From NCBI RefSeq assembly GCF_011745625.1, contig NW_027191464.1:124001-188000 (forward strand): a stretch of 64,000 bases of DNA, written 5' to 3'. A program made the translations under genes and the position numbers. This DNA is from Cladosporium halotolerans (lineage: Eukaryota). The notes below the pieces were generated by a model that was given only the letters and a program-made list of their open reading frames with translations, was not told where the DNA came from and did not search any database. Shown in pieces: positions 35,192 through 48,628 of this stretch (the stretch's first letter is position 1; each line of letters begins with the position of its first letter).

Positions 35192-37703
35192 ATGTCCATG
35201 CCGTCCTCTTCATCATCGCCCGCCGCCCTTGGTGCAGACCACCGCGCCCGCATTCCTCCCTCCGCCGCCCTACGCCCGTCCTCCCTCCCACCCGAATCCT
35301 CCGCCTCCTCCATCTCGTCCTCCGCCGCCCTCACGCCCGCACGTGCTGCCACGCGACCGCCATATGCCCTCCCGCGCCGCCCTGACGTAGCCGCCATCCC
35401 CCCAGTCGCAGCGTCTACACTGCCCGCTCTGCCGCCCGCCGCCGTCGACCGCGAGCTCCGCCCTCGCGCCGCCCACCCCTCCGCAGACAAGGTGGATTCC
35501 AAACCGAAGACCATTGCGGCCACCGTCAAGTCGCGTGCGCACTCCCGCCTCGCATCCTTTGGCCGGATACGCTCCCGCGGAAGCCAGCAGCCTCTCGAGC
35601 AACCCGAATCCCCCTCCGAGCCGCCTCTCCTACCCGCCGGAACATTTTCAGTCAAGCCGGCGCCTTCGGTTGCCAGCTCTCACAAGCGCTCGGAGCCTTC
35701 CACAGCCTCCTACCACTCATCTGAGACCACCCTCTCGGACGAGAAATTTCACGACACAAAATCTTTCGACGAGCTTCGCCAATCGCCCGCCGCTCGCGAC
35801 CCACAGCCCAAAGCGTCCACAGAGTGGAGAGCAAAGAGTGAAGACTCCGTCTGTGACCCGACCGAACAATACCACAGGCTCCTCGAGAGCCGTCCACGCA
35901 TGATGCACCAAACATCCTCGCGGTTGCTCCGCATGACGGAGGACGACCGTCCGTTCACCAGGGTAAGTCGCACTGGTTTTGGCGTATGTGTACCCTTTCG
36001 TTCCGAGGCAGTGGATGGCTGCGTTGCACCTGAGTAACATGGCTGCAACACTGCGTGGGAATGGACATGTACATGCCGTCCCCGTCGTCGCTTTTGCCGT
36101 CGTCTTTGCTGCTGCGTTTTGTTTGCACATTCCCTGCAATGCGTCTGTTATTCATTTGGAACCGCCAAAGCGAGCTTCATTGCTTACCGTCCCACCCTGT
36201 ACACCGTCTAACCTCTCTACAGGACTTCAAGGACCTCTTTTCCACCCTCATGGTCAGCCTGCCGCTTAATTCGCACCGAGTCCGCTTCACCCGTTTCGAC
36301 CACACCTTCACCACGGATGAGGCACTCACCAACCTCGGCTCGCTCAAATTCTCCCAGTCAAATCGCATGCCTGACCCCAAAGATCCTACGAGAATAGTAA
36401 CGACGACAACGACGACCACCTTCTCAATGGCGAAGGAGATGGCTCGTTCCGTTTGCCAAAGGTTCTTCGACGCCCGCTTCGTCGAGTCAGTGGAGGGAAA
36501 AACAGACTTTATGTCCAAGAGTGCAGTGTGGCAGCTTACGCCCAAGGGCATGCACGTCCTCGGCCGCTTTTGCCAACGCAATGGTATTCACCAGAGACAC
36601 GTCAATGAGCTCCTGGACTCTCCTCGCAACATGATGCAGCTGGTGATCCTTGAGCGTGAGAACGAGACAGATAAGGTCAACTCCGACGACGCCACCGTCA
36701 GCGTGATCTTCAGACGATTTGCTGGCGACACAGGTCCCAACCTCAAATCTCACTCTTCATCTTCCGACTCCGACTCGCTCAACGAGTACGCTACTGGAAT
36801 GGTCGGTGTCAAGATGCAGCGTTCTCGCCGTGGCGACAAGGATGCTCCCTATTGCTTCACCGGCAAGGCTGGTTACGATTGGGTTATGAACTGCTGTACA
36901 GTTGTGGACAAGCGCGAGGTTTATGAAATCGCCAGCTTGTTCCTCTTCCACGGTCTCATTGAGCCAGTTGTCGACGACAGGAGCCCTGTGACCCCTGGTC
37001 AGACACCTAAGTTCAACCCTTCGAAGAACGTGCAGTACGCTGTTACGCAGAAGGGTATGCGTGCTGCAGGCTGGATCACCAGTGCTAACGGCACCGTGAA
37101 CAACGAGGCTACCACCCAGCAGCGCATCCCCAATGGCGTCAGCCGCGACTCGAATACCAACCGTATGACGGTCATCATTCGCGACCCGGCCCTCAGACTG
37201 CTGTTCCGCGAGTACCTTCGTGAGACTCACTGCGAGGAGAACCTGTCATTTTATGTGGATGTCCAGGCTTTCTTGGCAGATTATGAGCACGCGAAGAAGA
37301 CAGGACCTTCGCCTCGTCTGGATATCATCCGGGAGACTTTGGCGTCAGCTTACAGTATGTGTTGTCGCCTCATTAATGTTATTATTGTTCACATTGCTAA
37401 TTCGTCACAGGCTTGTACAACGCCTTCCTTGCACCCGGCTCTCCTTGCGAACTTAACATCGACCACAACCTCCGCAACGCGCTTGCTGGACGCATGACCC
37501 GCGCAGTCGGCGAGGACGAGCAGATGGTCAAGAGTCTTGACGAGGTCGCCACTCTCTTCGACCAGGCCCAGAGCAGCGTCTTCAAGCTCATGGCGTCGGA
37601 CTCGGTGCCCAAATTCTCGCGCGAGCCCAAGTACGCGCAGATCCTCAAGGAGCGCAATCTCGAGGGCATGATCAACCAATTCGCCGCCAGCAACCTCGAC
37701 TAA
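35192..37703 (+). CDS. flbA: Regulator of G-protein signalling FlbA/Sst2 (DEP + RGS); exons 35192-35962, 36223-37354, 37411-37703
   Basis: MHQTSSRLLRMTEDDRPFTR|DFKDLFSTL, LGSLKFSQSNRMPDPKDP…TTTTTTTFSM, RGS box LRLLFREYLRETHCEENLSFY…YNAFLAPGSPCELNID…FKLMASDSVPKF. Introns are canonical. Confidence 0.95.
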
Positions 37704-39056
37704 ACCTACTGCCTTTCGACCCAATTCCTACGATCTTTTCCATCCTGAGATACCCAAGCGTTATTCTTCCCACGGCTACTCGGCACCGTGAGTTCATGAT
37801 CGCCAGTCAGCAAGCGTCACCAGTGGAGGTGATCGCTGCTAGCGCGACTCGCCCGAATTTCGCCGAGAGCGCACAGGTCTCCGCGGCAACTCCAGACTTC
37901 GCCTGCCGTGCGGCTCTATCCTTGGCTGTTGACCAGAAGCTCGCAATCTACCTGCCGGCGCTACCGTTTCAGCCAGTGCCGCCAACAAGCACGCCGACTG
38001 CCACCGACGCCCAGCTGACCCGAGCCTGGCCGGCCTAATTCTTCGTTTCCTTTCCTCCTGTTTACTTGATTCAATCGCGCGACCGGCGGGCGCCTATCGA
38101 CCTGCTATTTTTCCTCACGAGCGGAACTCCTCCTAGCGCCTGGCGTTCATTTTTGGCTCTGATCTGGCGCGAATCTAAACGATCTCCCTCCCTAGGGCTC
38201 CTTTCACGCGGAGCTTTTCCCCGACGCACCTGTCCCTGTCGTCAAAGGATTCTTGACACCGCCGAAGCGGAAGGTGCATGCGCGAGCGCTCGGTCCCTCT
38301 CTCTCTGCACGACGGACGGCTCGCCTCTGGTCTTTTCTTCCCGGCTGATTGTGTTTTGCGTATCTAGCGCTGGCCGGCAAAAGATTCTAGACACGAGCGG
38401 GCCGACGAGGCGGCAAGGCTCGCCTGCTTGTTTCTTTTACTGCTAGTGCAGCCTGACGTGACCCGACATTCTCGCTCGCGCCTTGCGAGCTGCAGACGTG
38501 GCACGAACAACCTGGCTACTGCTCGCATCGTCGGATCTTTGATTGAAGCTGGATTCAGCCGAGTGCAAAGCAGTGCGAGCGGTCAAGAGGCAGTAGACGT
38601 GAAATCCGGTGGGAGAAACGACTCCCTTCTTTCCTTTTACTTTTTTTGTTACAATCCCGAAATACCTACCTTGGCTGTCACGAGAGCGGAATGTACAGTA
38701 CCTAGCTATAATCCGCCGAAAACAATAAACAATTGAAACATCATCCTACTGGCTTCACGGTTTTAGTGAGAATATGTGATTTAGTAGGTGTGCTGCGTCT
38801 TTGCGCAGAGTAGAGCTCGGTTTGATCCAGGCGTCGGCGATTGCAAGACGAACGACCCCGCTGGTGCACATGCCGACGGAGAATGTTCTTGGTCGCTAGC
38901 GACAAGGCGTCAAACCACATTTGCTATCCATGGCGATGGTGATGGTGATGATTTTACCTATTCCAGCATACAAGCGGCCAATGCCCACCAAACACTGCGG
39001 CAGAGATCGCCAGAAGTGGGCTGGTACCTGGATGTAAACATGTTGCCTAAAGCGAG

Positions 39057-39074
39057 CACGCGCTCTCACGCGCT
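39057..39074 (+). promoter_or_regulatory. Tandem CACGCGCT (MCB-like ACGCG cores) upstream of CHK1
   Basis: CACGCGCT-CT-CACGCGCT ~165-180 nt upstream of the ATG. ACGCG is the MBF core in yeasts; function here is inferred. Confidence 0.35.
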
Positions 39075-39237
39075 TTATTGACTTGGCGCGATCATCGGAC
39101 GACAGCTCTCAGCTTCGAACGCCTACACTGCATTGCACAAAAGTTTCTAGTATTGCCGCTTTTGAGTTTCTTCGCCCTGAATAGCGATTCAGCGTATTGT
39201 TGAGCATCTGATCTGCCGGCTGCAGCATTCTGGCATC

Positions 39238-41038
39238 ATGGGTGGTGCGCCGCCAGGCGTGAGTCCCATCCACCCCTCCAACATCCTTGTCGCAAGACCA
39301 CACCACTGACCAGCCTATCCAGTCGCAAGTCGCGCCTCTCCCAGCGAACCTCCCCTTTCGCATCGTCTCCAAAACCATCGGCTCCGGCGCCTACGCCTCG
39401 TGAGTGCCGCGCCCACACCACACCTCCACCAACAACCCCACTAACCCACCGCCGCCCAGCATCCGCAAAGCAACCCCCCTCAGCGCGCCCAAGCCCGTCA
39501 TCGCAATCAAATTCATCAACAAAGAGCACGCCTACCGCATAGGCCGCCTGAAGCCCAAGCAAATCGAGATCGAGTTCTCCCTGCACGAGCGCCTCGGCCG
39601 CCACGCCAACATCATCCAGTACCTGTCCTCCGGCGCCGACGACGCCTGGATCTGGCTCGCGCTCGAGCTCGCCGAGGGCGGCGACCTGTTCGACAAGATC
39701 GAGGCCGACGAGGGCGTCGGCGTCGACGTCGCGCACCTGTACTTCTCGCAGCTCGTCGAGGCCATCGGCTGGTGCCATGGCAAGGGCATCGCGCACAGGG
39801 ACATCAAGCCGGAGAACATGCTGCTGAGCGACCGCGGGGATCTGAAGCTGGCGGATTTCGGGCTCGCGACGCAGTTTGTCTCGCCGCGGACGGGGGAGAG
39901 GAAATCGTGCGGGATGGTCTGCGGGAGCCCGCCGTACATCGCGCCGGAGATTCTGCAGGTCGGACACGCGAATAATAAGAGAAAGAATGGGGAGGACAAG
40001 GAGGGCTACTCCCCCGATGCGTCGGACGTGTGGAGCTGCGCGATCGTGCTGTTCGTCCTGCTTGCGGGCAACACGCCGTGGGACTGCCCCGTGGAGGAGG
40101 ACAGCTGGGAGTTTGCGGAGTACCTGCGCACGAAGGGGCGCTCGGAGGACGAGCTGTGGGAGAAGGTCCCGCAAGACTGCCTCAGCCTCGTGCGAGGGAT
40201 GCTGAGGGTGCTGCCCGGCGAGCGCATGACGCTGGACGCCGTCAAGAAACACCCGTGGTACACGCGATCCAACCCGCAGATGGACGCGCGCGGCCGCGCC
40301 GCAGACCCCGTCGGCCTCGCGACACAGATGCTCGAGCGCCTGCGCATCGACTTCGACAAGGGCGTGCCGACCTCGCAGCCCGCGCCAGAGACCGCCCTCG
40401 ACTTCTCGCAGCCAACACAACCTCCCGCCAACAGCAAAGAATGGTCCGCCCTCGCCGCGACCCAACCCGAAACCCCCATCGCCGACTCCGCCTTCGAATG
40501 GGAAGCCCCTCCACGCCCCGGCGGCGGCGGCGGCACCTCCCTCTCCCAACCCACGAACGCCGAACAGCCCCCATCAGCCACCTTCCTCGCCTCCCTCGCC
40601 GACGACCCCGCCATGTCCCAATTCACGCCCACGCCCAGCGTGCCCCTAACCCTCACGCAAGCCGCGCGCCAATTCGCCGACATCATGCCCTCCCACACCC
40701 TCACGCGCTTCTACTCCTTCCTCCCGCCCACGCCGCTCACAAACCTCCTCCTGACTTCGCTCCACCGCCTCAACATCCCCGTCCCCCCGCTGCCGGCCGC
40801 CGTCCTCGCCGACCCGCTCGGCAACGCCGACGGCGCCCTGAGCGTGCGCTTCAAAGCCGCCGACGCGCGCGGGCAGCCGCTGCACGGAAGCGTTGTGGTG
40901 GAGCGGTCCGGGGACCCGAGGATCCTGAGCGTGCGGTTCGTGAAAGCCAAGGGCGACCCGGTCGGGTGGAGGAGGCTGTTCAAGTCCGTGGCGGTGTTGT
41001 GTCGGGAGGCGGTTGTCAAGCCGGAGGGGGCGAGCTGA
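39238..41038 (+). CDS. CHK1: DNA-damage checkpoint kinase Chk1; exons 39238-39258, 39323-39399, 39460-41038
   Basis: TIGSGAYAS, IAIKFI, GGDLFDKIEADEGV, HRDIKPENMLL, DFG, CGSPPYIAPE, SQP/TQP cluster and KA1-type tail RFVKAKGDPVGWRRLFK. Confidence 0.92.
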
Positions 41039-42562
41039 GAGACGACGCTTGGTACACTTTTCTCATTGGCTTGGTGCACTTTCTATGGGCAGCATTGAAG
41101 GCGCTTGGGAAGGGGATTTTCTTTGGGTTGGGGATGATGGCAGGATGGGATGAAACGGATAGATACCCGCGCTGCGATTCGCAGTGCTCTGGACGAAAAA
41201 CCACAGAGAATCGAAGGTGTACATACATACAGCCGACGCGGTGCTTGCTGGCCACTGTACGTGATGTCGATGTGCACAATCGGTTGTGTGACCTCTGAAG
41301 CCCAGTAGCCGACGGATGCAATCCTTGTTACAGATGACGATGCATTCAATGATCTACCCTAAGCAATCCAAAAACCAGACGACACGGGAAACGAAAGCGA
41401 AACCAAACCGAAGAGCAACGAAAAAGCATATCCATAAGTCTTTAGAACTCTACACTACACTACAACACCACCCATCTCTCTCCCCTCCTCTCCCTCCTGT
41501 GCTCTCTGCTCTCTTTGCCATCCACCAGACGACGGCCCGCTCGGCGGTCTCTCTCGCACCATGTTGAAGACCGAAGAAAAGGAAAAGATATTACCGGATG
41601 TGTTTTCCCACCCTCGAAAAGAAAACAAAGCAACGCGCCCAGACCGTTTCCCCGTTTCCCGTGCCCGTCTGTTTTTGTGTGTGTGGATGGTAGTAGCAGT
41701 TTTTCTTTCGCGGCGGACGCCTTTTCCTTCCCGTCACGTATGATAGAGAAGATGGGAGGGGTGGAATCCCCCTCATCGTTCCCCAATGAGACGCGTAGAA
41801 CATTCGCCGGATGAAGCAACCCGACCAGGAGTTTTTGGTGTGTGAGTGTGTTGATGTGGGATGTATGAACGCCTTCGCTGAAAAAAATGACAAAATGACA
41901 AGAGGTGCAACCAAAAGAAACACAGAAAAAAGGAAACAATTGAGATGAGGGTGGACTGTCGGTCGCGCCAGTCGGCCGCATGAGCGGAGGTCGAGAGTCC
42001 ACGCGTGCTCTAGCGTCCTGGCCGAGCTGCCAGCCAGCCAGCCGACATCTCTCCCAGCCCGCGCCTCTCTGATGGCGCCCGTACAAAAGGAAGAGTTCTG
42101 ATGACCTGGGGATTTGAGCGTGGTTCTTCGTGTGAGGTTTGAATCCGAGATTGTCTGAAGATGCCGGCATCAGAGGAGAAGGTTGGGTGGGAGTCGGAGG
42201 TGGCCGAATGAAGCTGCACGGGCAAAAAAGCTGAGCCTCGTAGGAGCTACGACGCTGGTGTCGCTGGACCGAGAACGGTGGACTTGTCGAGATTCGAAGG
42301 TAAATTATACGCGGGGCGTGCGCCACGAGAACCGAGTGTCGTCCCGGGTCCCTTCCATTGAACGTCGGACGCTCAAGCCCGGGCCGCGAAAAGAATGCAC
42401 GTCTGTATCCCTCCAAGCCCTCCTGTACCCCCCGAAATGTAAGAATTAATGCAGGTCTCCCGAAATTGCCGAGAACTAAGCAAGTTGGTTTTGCTGTCTC
42501 GCAACATTCGAGAGCCGGAGCTAAGATGTGATTTTGCGTAACCGCCAGTATAGCCGCTGGCA

Positions 42563-44053
42563 CTAACCGCAGCAAAGCGCCTTGAGGATCTTGCTACCAA
42601 AGCCGCCACCTTCCCGCTGCTCTTCGGGCTGTTGGCCCTGCTGTTGCTGCGATTGTACTCGGGACTGTGCCTGCGTGCCGCTTGCTTGTCTCGGCAGGTT
42701 CTGGTTGCTCATGCGTTGTCCGCTCGCGAGGTTGGGCGTGCTAGTCGCGAACTGCGCCGTGGTGCTGCCGGCCTCCGGCGGTTCCAGTTGCGAGGCCCTT
42801 TTCCCAGCAAGATCTTGCGAGTTGTGATGACGAGCAGCGCGCTGTTGCTGTTGCTGGCGCTGGGCTGCTGACTGAGGCGGAGCGCGCGCGGCACCAGGCT
42901 TGGGAAGGTCGGCATTGAGACGCTCTGGAGCGATGGGGGTCTTGGAGGCACGGTTCATATCTTGTCGACGGATGTCAGCAGCAGATGCGTGTGCCCGCTC
43001 GCCATCTCTCATGGCCGCGGAAGATCGGGGCATGTCCCAACCCTTGCCGTTGTTCAGCTTCATCCAATCGTACTCGCCATCCTCGACTTCGCCGGTGTTC
43101 TTCAATGCCTGGGTGAAGAGGTCGCGGAGGTAGTCGTAGTCAGGCGTGTCCTCGAAGCCGAGGTTGCGGACGTACGACAGGTACTTGTTGAACTCCTCCG
43201 GGAAACTATCACAGAGGTCCTTGATGGGTGTCGTCTGCTTCTTCTCGCCAATCTTCTCGTATTTTTGCTTGTTGGTGGCAGCCTTCAGGCCCTGCCAGGG
43301 GAGGCCGCCGCGCAGGAAGTACATAAAGACGTGACCAAGCGCCTCCAGGTCGTCACGGCGAGATTGCTCTCGGCCAAGATGGGTGTTGATACTCATGTAT
43401 CTGGCGGTACCCGAGAGCGACTTCCTCTCTCTGTAAGGGATGTGTTGCTTGGTCTTGGGGTCGCGGTATTGCTTGGCCATGCCGAAGTCGACGACGTGGA
43501 TGACGTTCGCAATCTTGCTGTTGGGGCGGCCGATGAGGAAGTTGTCGGGCTTGATGTCACGGTAGATCAGGTTCTTCTCGTGAATGGTCTGGACGCGGGA
43601 GAGCATCTGTTTCGCGACCATGACGACAGTCTTGATGGTGAAGCGGCGGTTGCAGTGGTCGAAGAGATCCTCGAGCGAAGGGCCCAGCAGGTCAATGACC
43701 AAGATGTTGTGCAGGCCTTCTTGGCCGAAGTAATAGACATTGGGAATACCAGCTGTGAGGGAAAACAACGTCAGTAAACATGTTTACTTCCTCCCCGGAG
43801 CCCTGCTTGAATAACAAGCTGACCAAAACAGAAAGGAAAAGGGGCGTCACTCACGGCATCCAACCAGAATCTTGTACGTCCTGTATTCGTCCCTCAATTG
43901 CGGAGCGTCACTCTTCCTCGGCTCGAACTTGATGGCAACCTGAGTGTTGTTGAGCAAGTTGGTCCCTTCGAAGATAACGCCGAAGCTGCCCTCGCCGATC
44001 TTCTTGCCGACGCGGTAGTGCACGCCGACAACATTGCTGCTGCTGGAAGCCAT
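42563..44053 (-). CDS. Casein kinase I, membrane-anchored Yck1/2/Cki type; exons 44053-43855, 43752-42563
   Basis: [72 protein letters not shown] and C-terminal CC palmitoylation motif. Confidence 0.95.
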
Positions 44054-44374
44054 TGCGAGCTGTGGTGCGAGGCAGGTCGTGTCAAGGTGTTAGGGAAGGG
44101 AGGACGGCGGCCGGTCGCTGGCAGGCAGCGAAACAACACGGGCGGTGTCGGATGGCCGGGAAGGGTAGGGGAGAAGGGCGCAGGACGTGGCCTGCCGCCG
44201 CTTCTGTGGTGCTGGCGGACGGAAGATGATGTGCTGGCGTGGACGGGGACGCTGGGGGGAGCGGTGACGGCGGGCGAGGTGGGCGGGCGGAGGTGGAGCG
44301 GAGGGAGGGTGAAGTGAAGTGCAGCGCGGTGTGCTGTGCAGTGCGGTGCAGACGGGGTCGGGGAGAGCAGCGGG

Positions 44375-44406
44375 AGCAGCACAGCAGCACAGCAGCACAG
44401 CAGCAG
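44375..44406. repeat. (AGCAGCAC)3 short tandem repeat in the casein kinase 5' region
   Basis: AGCAGCACAGCAGCACAGCAGCACAGCAGCAG read directly. Confidence 0.8.
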
Positions 44407-45746
44407 TCACGCTGGGCGTGTCCTGCGTCCTGCTGCGGCTGGCAGGAGAGGGCACGCTAGAGGTGAACGCCCGGGCTCGCTTTCCGCCGCTAAGCCCCGG
44501 CCAGACCACGACCTCGCCGGAGCCTGGTGTGTGCGCGCTCAGGGCAGCGGCCTGTGGCATCCAGCACTGATAGCAGGCAATGCTCCGCGCCCGTGTCGAT
44601 GTGTCGATGGCTGTGCTGGCATCGTTGAGCTGCTCCCAGCGCCCGCCGCGTCGCTCACGTGCCGGGTGCGGCAGTCGGCCTCGCATAGAGCACCGCAGCT
44701 CCCGGCCAGCTGCCGCCGCCGCCTGCGAAACAGTCTCAAATGCCGTGCGACCACGCCCGACGTCGCCAGCAGATGAAGACACCCGCCCGTTGGGCACAGC
44801 CGTCACCACTCGAGAGCTCGCGCCGAACGGCCGTTGCCAAGTGCCCACACTGCACCCTTCGCCCGCAAAACCTCCCACCACCGCTGCAAAAGGCGACTGT
44901 CCACGGGTAACAATAACAGCGGTTATTAGTGAAGGACCGCTAGTGGAAGCTTCGCTCGCCGTATCCCCACAATCGTGCATGCGGTTTTCCCTTTCGTGCT
45001 ATAGCGCGGCTCAGGGTACCAATACTACAGGCACAGGGCCAGCAATTCTCAAGCCACCGCATCCACAATCATCACGGCCTAAGGCACGGCGGTCACGGTA
45101 CCTGCAGTCCTCACGCGCTTAGAGTTGCAGCCGTGGACCTGGTCAGACCGTGAGGCGCAACAACAGCACGACGTGGCAACGCTACTACCTATGTACCTGT
45201 CCACGAGTCTCACGTTCGGAGCCCCACCCAAAGAAACATTCGAAATTTGGGCGACGAATCCATCGCCGATGTCGACTCGTTGAGCACAGCAACCCTACGG
45301 CGCCGATCAAGATCACCAAGCAGAATCAAGATCCAGCAGAGCCGTAATTTCCCTCGTAGGGCTGCTAGCAGCGAGATCAAAGTGTAAGATGTCGTGATGT
45401 ACAGATGCGGGCAAGTCAACTCTACTCTTCCCACTGGATGATTGCAGATTGAGCCCACTTGTAGCAAAAAACCACATCAATACGGCTTCTCTTCAATTGA
45501 GGAATTTATCTTTGCAACGATAGGCGGTAAGTATGCATGTCATTATTCAAGAATAGCGCACGCACGTACTGTATCACACTGCTCGCTTATCGCTCGCCTA
45601 GATGGCGAGCAGCTTGCCCTACTTTTTTGTACAAAAACAGCTGTCTATCATTCCTTCGACCGCGATTCGGGCGCAGCAAGCCCTACATGCAGCGATATCA
45701 GCCACAAATAACGAGAGCCACGAGCACGCCCACCTTCGCCATGCAT

Positions 45747-46892
45747 TTAGGCCAAACGAGCCGACGCCCTCGCGGCCTCTGCCAGTGACTTGTTGCGCAT
45801 GTAAGGAGGCGCAAAGTGATACAGCAATCCGTTGACCATCGAAGCAGTCAGCGGGCCCAACCAGTGTATGTAATGATACTGCATCTCGCCTTTCGCGACC
45901 ATCAAGCCCAGACAGCGAGCCGGGTTGAAAGCTAGTAGATGGTCAGTGGACACCACGCCCTGGGAAGCACCCAACTGGACCTACAGACACCCGTATACCC
46001 CAGCTTCGCTGCCGACGATGCCAGAGTCGCGAACCCAAGGGTCGCACCAACAAGCACGGGACTGAGAGCGGGCCCAAAGACCCTTCCTTGCCGAGGATCC
46101 AGGCCGACCCCGAAAGCGAGGAACGTAAGTGCTAGAGCAAACATGTATTCCAGGACGAAAAGCTGGCCGGGGGACACTTGCGCCGCGTCGACCGTGCAGC
46201 CTGGTATGGCTCCCTGAGCGGAAGTCAGTCTGCCCAGAATTGCATTCGAAGCACAGCGCATCTGAACTTACCGTCGGGAAAAACCCCTCGCCCAAACCCA
46301 GCTTGAGCCAATACCCACCCACGATCGCCCCAGTGCACTGCGCAGCGATATAGACAACACTCCGCGGCAACGTGCTCAGCCCCGCGAAGAACGTCGCCAT
46401 CGTGATGCTTGGGTTCAGATGCCCGCCCGACGCCGGCGCTGCGGCGAAGACGAACAGCGACAGGCTGACGGCGTTCGTGAGCGCGGCGTAGGCGCTGATG
46501 GCGAGGGTCGAGGCATTACTCGTAGCGAGGCCGGACGACGCGGCGCCGCTGGCGAAGACTAGCAGGCAGGTCGCGAAGCCTTCGATCACGGCGGCGCGGT
46601 AGTTAGCGAGGATGAGGAAGCCGGCGGGGTTGAGGGAGGCGCGGAGGGAGGACAGTGGTGCCTTTGTTGGAGGGGAATTAGATGAGGGTATCCGAAATTA
46701 GTTTCAAGGGCGGCGTACGGCGTCTGGTTGCTTCTCTAGAATCTCCCGGGTCTTCTCGCTATCGTCGGATACGGTGAATTCTTGATTCCCGCCTATACGT
46801 CCTGCGAAAGGGAGTTCTGATACTGCTGTGGCCCGACGGTCTCTGGCGAAAGCCGCTGGGTCGTCGGCAACGTCGAACGTTGGAGTTGGCAT
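45747..46892 (-). CDS. Aquaporin (MIP family), fungal XIP type; exons 46892-46719, 46661-46272, 46213-45985, 45931-45747
   Basis: SGGHLNPSITMA (variant first NPA), loop-C IPGCTVD, second motif SFNPARCLG, HYIHWLGP. Three canonical introns keep the frame. Confidence 0.9.
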
Positions 46893-47470
46893 TGCTTGTA
46901 TTGAATTCACTGGTAACGTGACTTCAGATCCGACTATTTCTCTTCGGTCAGTTCAATTAACAATATCTTTCTCGCGTACAAATTTCGAGAGATGCCTTGC
47001 TTTGGTTGAGGCTGGACCAGGTGAGATGCTGTGTCAGCTGTTACAAAGCTACTTGTCAGGGCTTTGCGCGCCACATCTGAAGACATCTTCCCCCGAGCTG
47101 CTAGGTAATTGAACAGCATTCTAATAAATACGTTTGTATCATTTTTGTTAGCCGGGGGAAAAACTGCGGTAAGCGATACTCTGGGCGTGATCGTTGCAAG
47201 CTTGCGGTACAGATGACAAGTGGTGTAACTTTACATCCGACCTCTCATCCTCGAGGTTCAACGAGTCGCATGTCATCCCGAAAGCCGCAGGTTGTAAACC
47301 TTTCCAGCATGCCTATAATCGGCACCAGTCGCGGTGCGACAACAGCCGTCTGAACAAGAACGGGTTGTGGATGTGAAGAACATCAAATGCTCCGCGCCGC
47401 ATAGACACCTTGAATGCACGTATATTTGCCGGCATGTATAACAAGTCGCCTGTACACAGATACAGCCTTC

Positions 47471-48230
47471 CTACAGCTCTTTCTTCTCGCCGGCCTGCCC
47501 CATGCCAGCACCAAAATCCATCTTGACCTTCTCCCCCTTCTTTTCGCCAACCTTCACCTCGCCAGTCTTCAGCGTCCAGAGCGCAACTAAGCCCTCGCTC
47601 GCCATCTTTATTACACTCGCGCACGCGATCCACCACATATTGACGCTCACGCTACCCAGCGGCGCGCGCGGGAAAGACAGAAGCCACTCGACGTAGTAGG
47701 GCGCCCAGCCCTGCGGGATCCAAAAAAGCGCTTGCTTGGAGAACCAAAACTGCATGAGAAAACGGACGCCAGAGGTGCCGAGCCAGCGGAGGGTGGAGGC
47801 GATGCGGTCGAAGTTCGAGCGGAAGGACTGGAGGGATTGGGCTGGTGGGGAGTCAGTAGGCTTGCCGGGTACAAACATATGGGTAGAATTGCGTCGTACC
47901 GTTCTTCTCATACTCGGCTTTCTTCTTGTCGTGTTGGCGGCGCAGCTTGGCCCACTTTGAGAAGTCGTCTTGCGCCGAGGTGTTGGTCATCTCTCGGTTG
48001 AGCTTCACGACCTCCTTTCGCAGTTGCACGCCCGCAGCTGCCTGCTTTGCCTGCGGTGTCGGTAGCTTGGTATACAGTAGCCATAGCTTTGGCGAAGGTC
48101 AGCTCCCATGTGGACGGTGTTTGCTAGATGTTGGGTTCTGTACCAGGTCGTTGATCGTCTGGCCTCCGAACGTGCTAACCAAGTGGATGAGCAGCTGGAA
48201 GATGAAGACGACCAGAATGAGCGAAGGCAT
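47471..48230 (-). CDS. GET1: Guided entry of tail-anchored proteins receptor Get1 (WRB); exons 48230-48144, 48086-47900, 47841-47471
   Basis: [19 protein letters not shown] coiled coil and [30 protein letters not shown]. Introns are canonical. Confidence 0.93.
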
Positions 48231-48628
48231 GTTGGGTGAGCTGCGACCGCTGTACGCCTATGCCGAGTGTGTGGTTGTTCAGGCTGGCAGTGCTCGCGAA
48301 CGGTGTTTGACTCGATTCGTTGGCGTGTTTCCTGAAATTCGCCCAGCAAGCGTGACGTCGCTCGTTGTTGATCTTGACCCTGCCCCGCTTGTTCTGTGTC
48401 CCACGAGGGGGCAGGAACCTGGAAGTGCCTCATCGCCGCAAACAAATACCGCAGTCGTGCTTTTACGCTCACTCTTCCAACCACGGATTTGCTCACTCAC
48501 ATTCACTTCTGGGAAACACTCTTTACGTTGCTCAAGCGTTCCAATAGTGACCAGCTACTCTGCGAATAGGTAATCAACCACAGCTACACAGCACCTACGC
48601 TTCCCTCCCAGACCACCCCTCATCAAAT

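Noticed and set aside
41460..42575. 371-aa minus-strand ORF downstream of casein kinase I
   Set aside because: Composition is UTR-like with no family motifs; most likely a chance open frame in a long 3' UTR.
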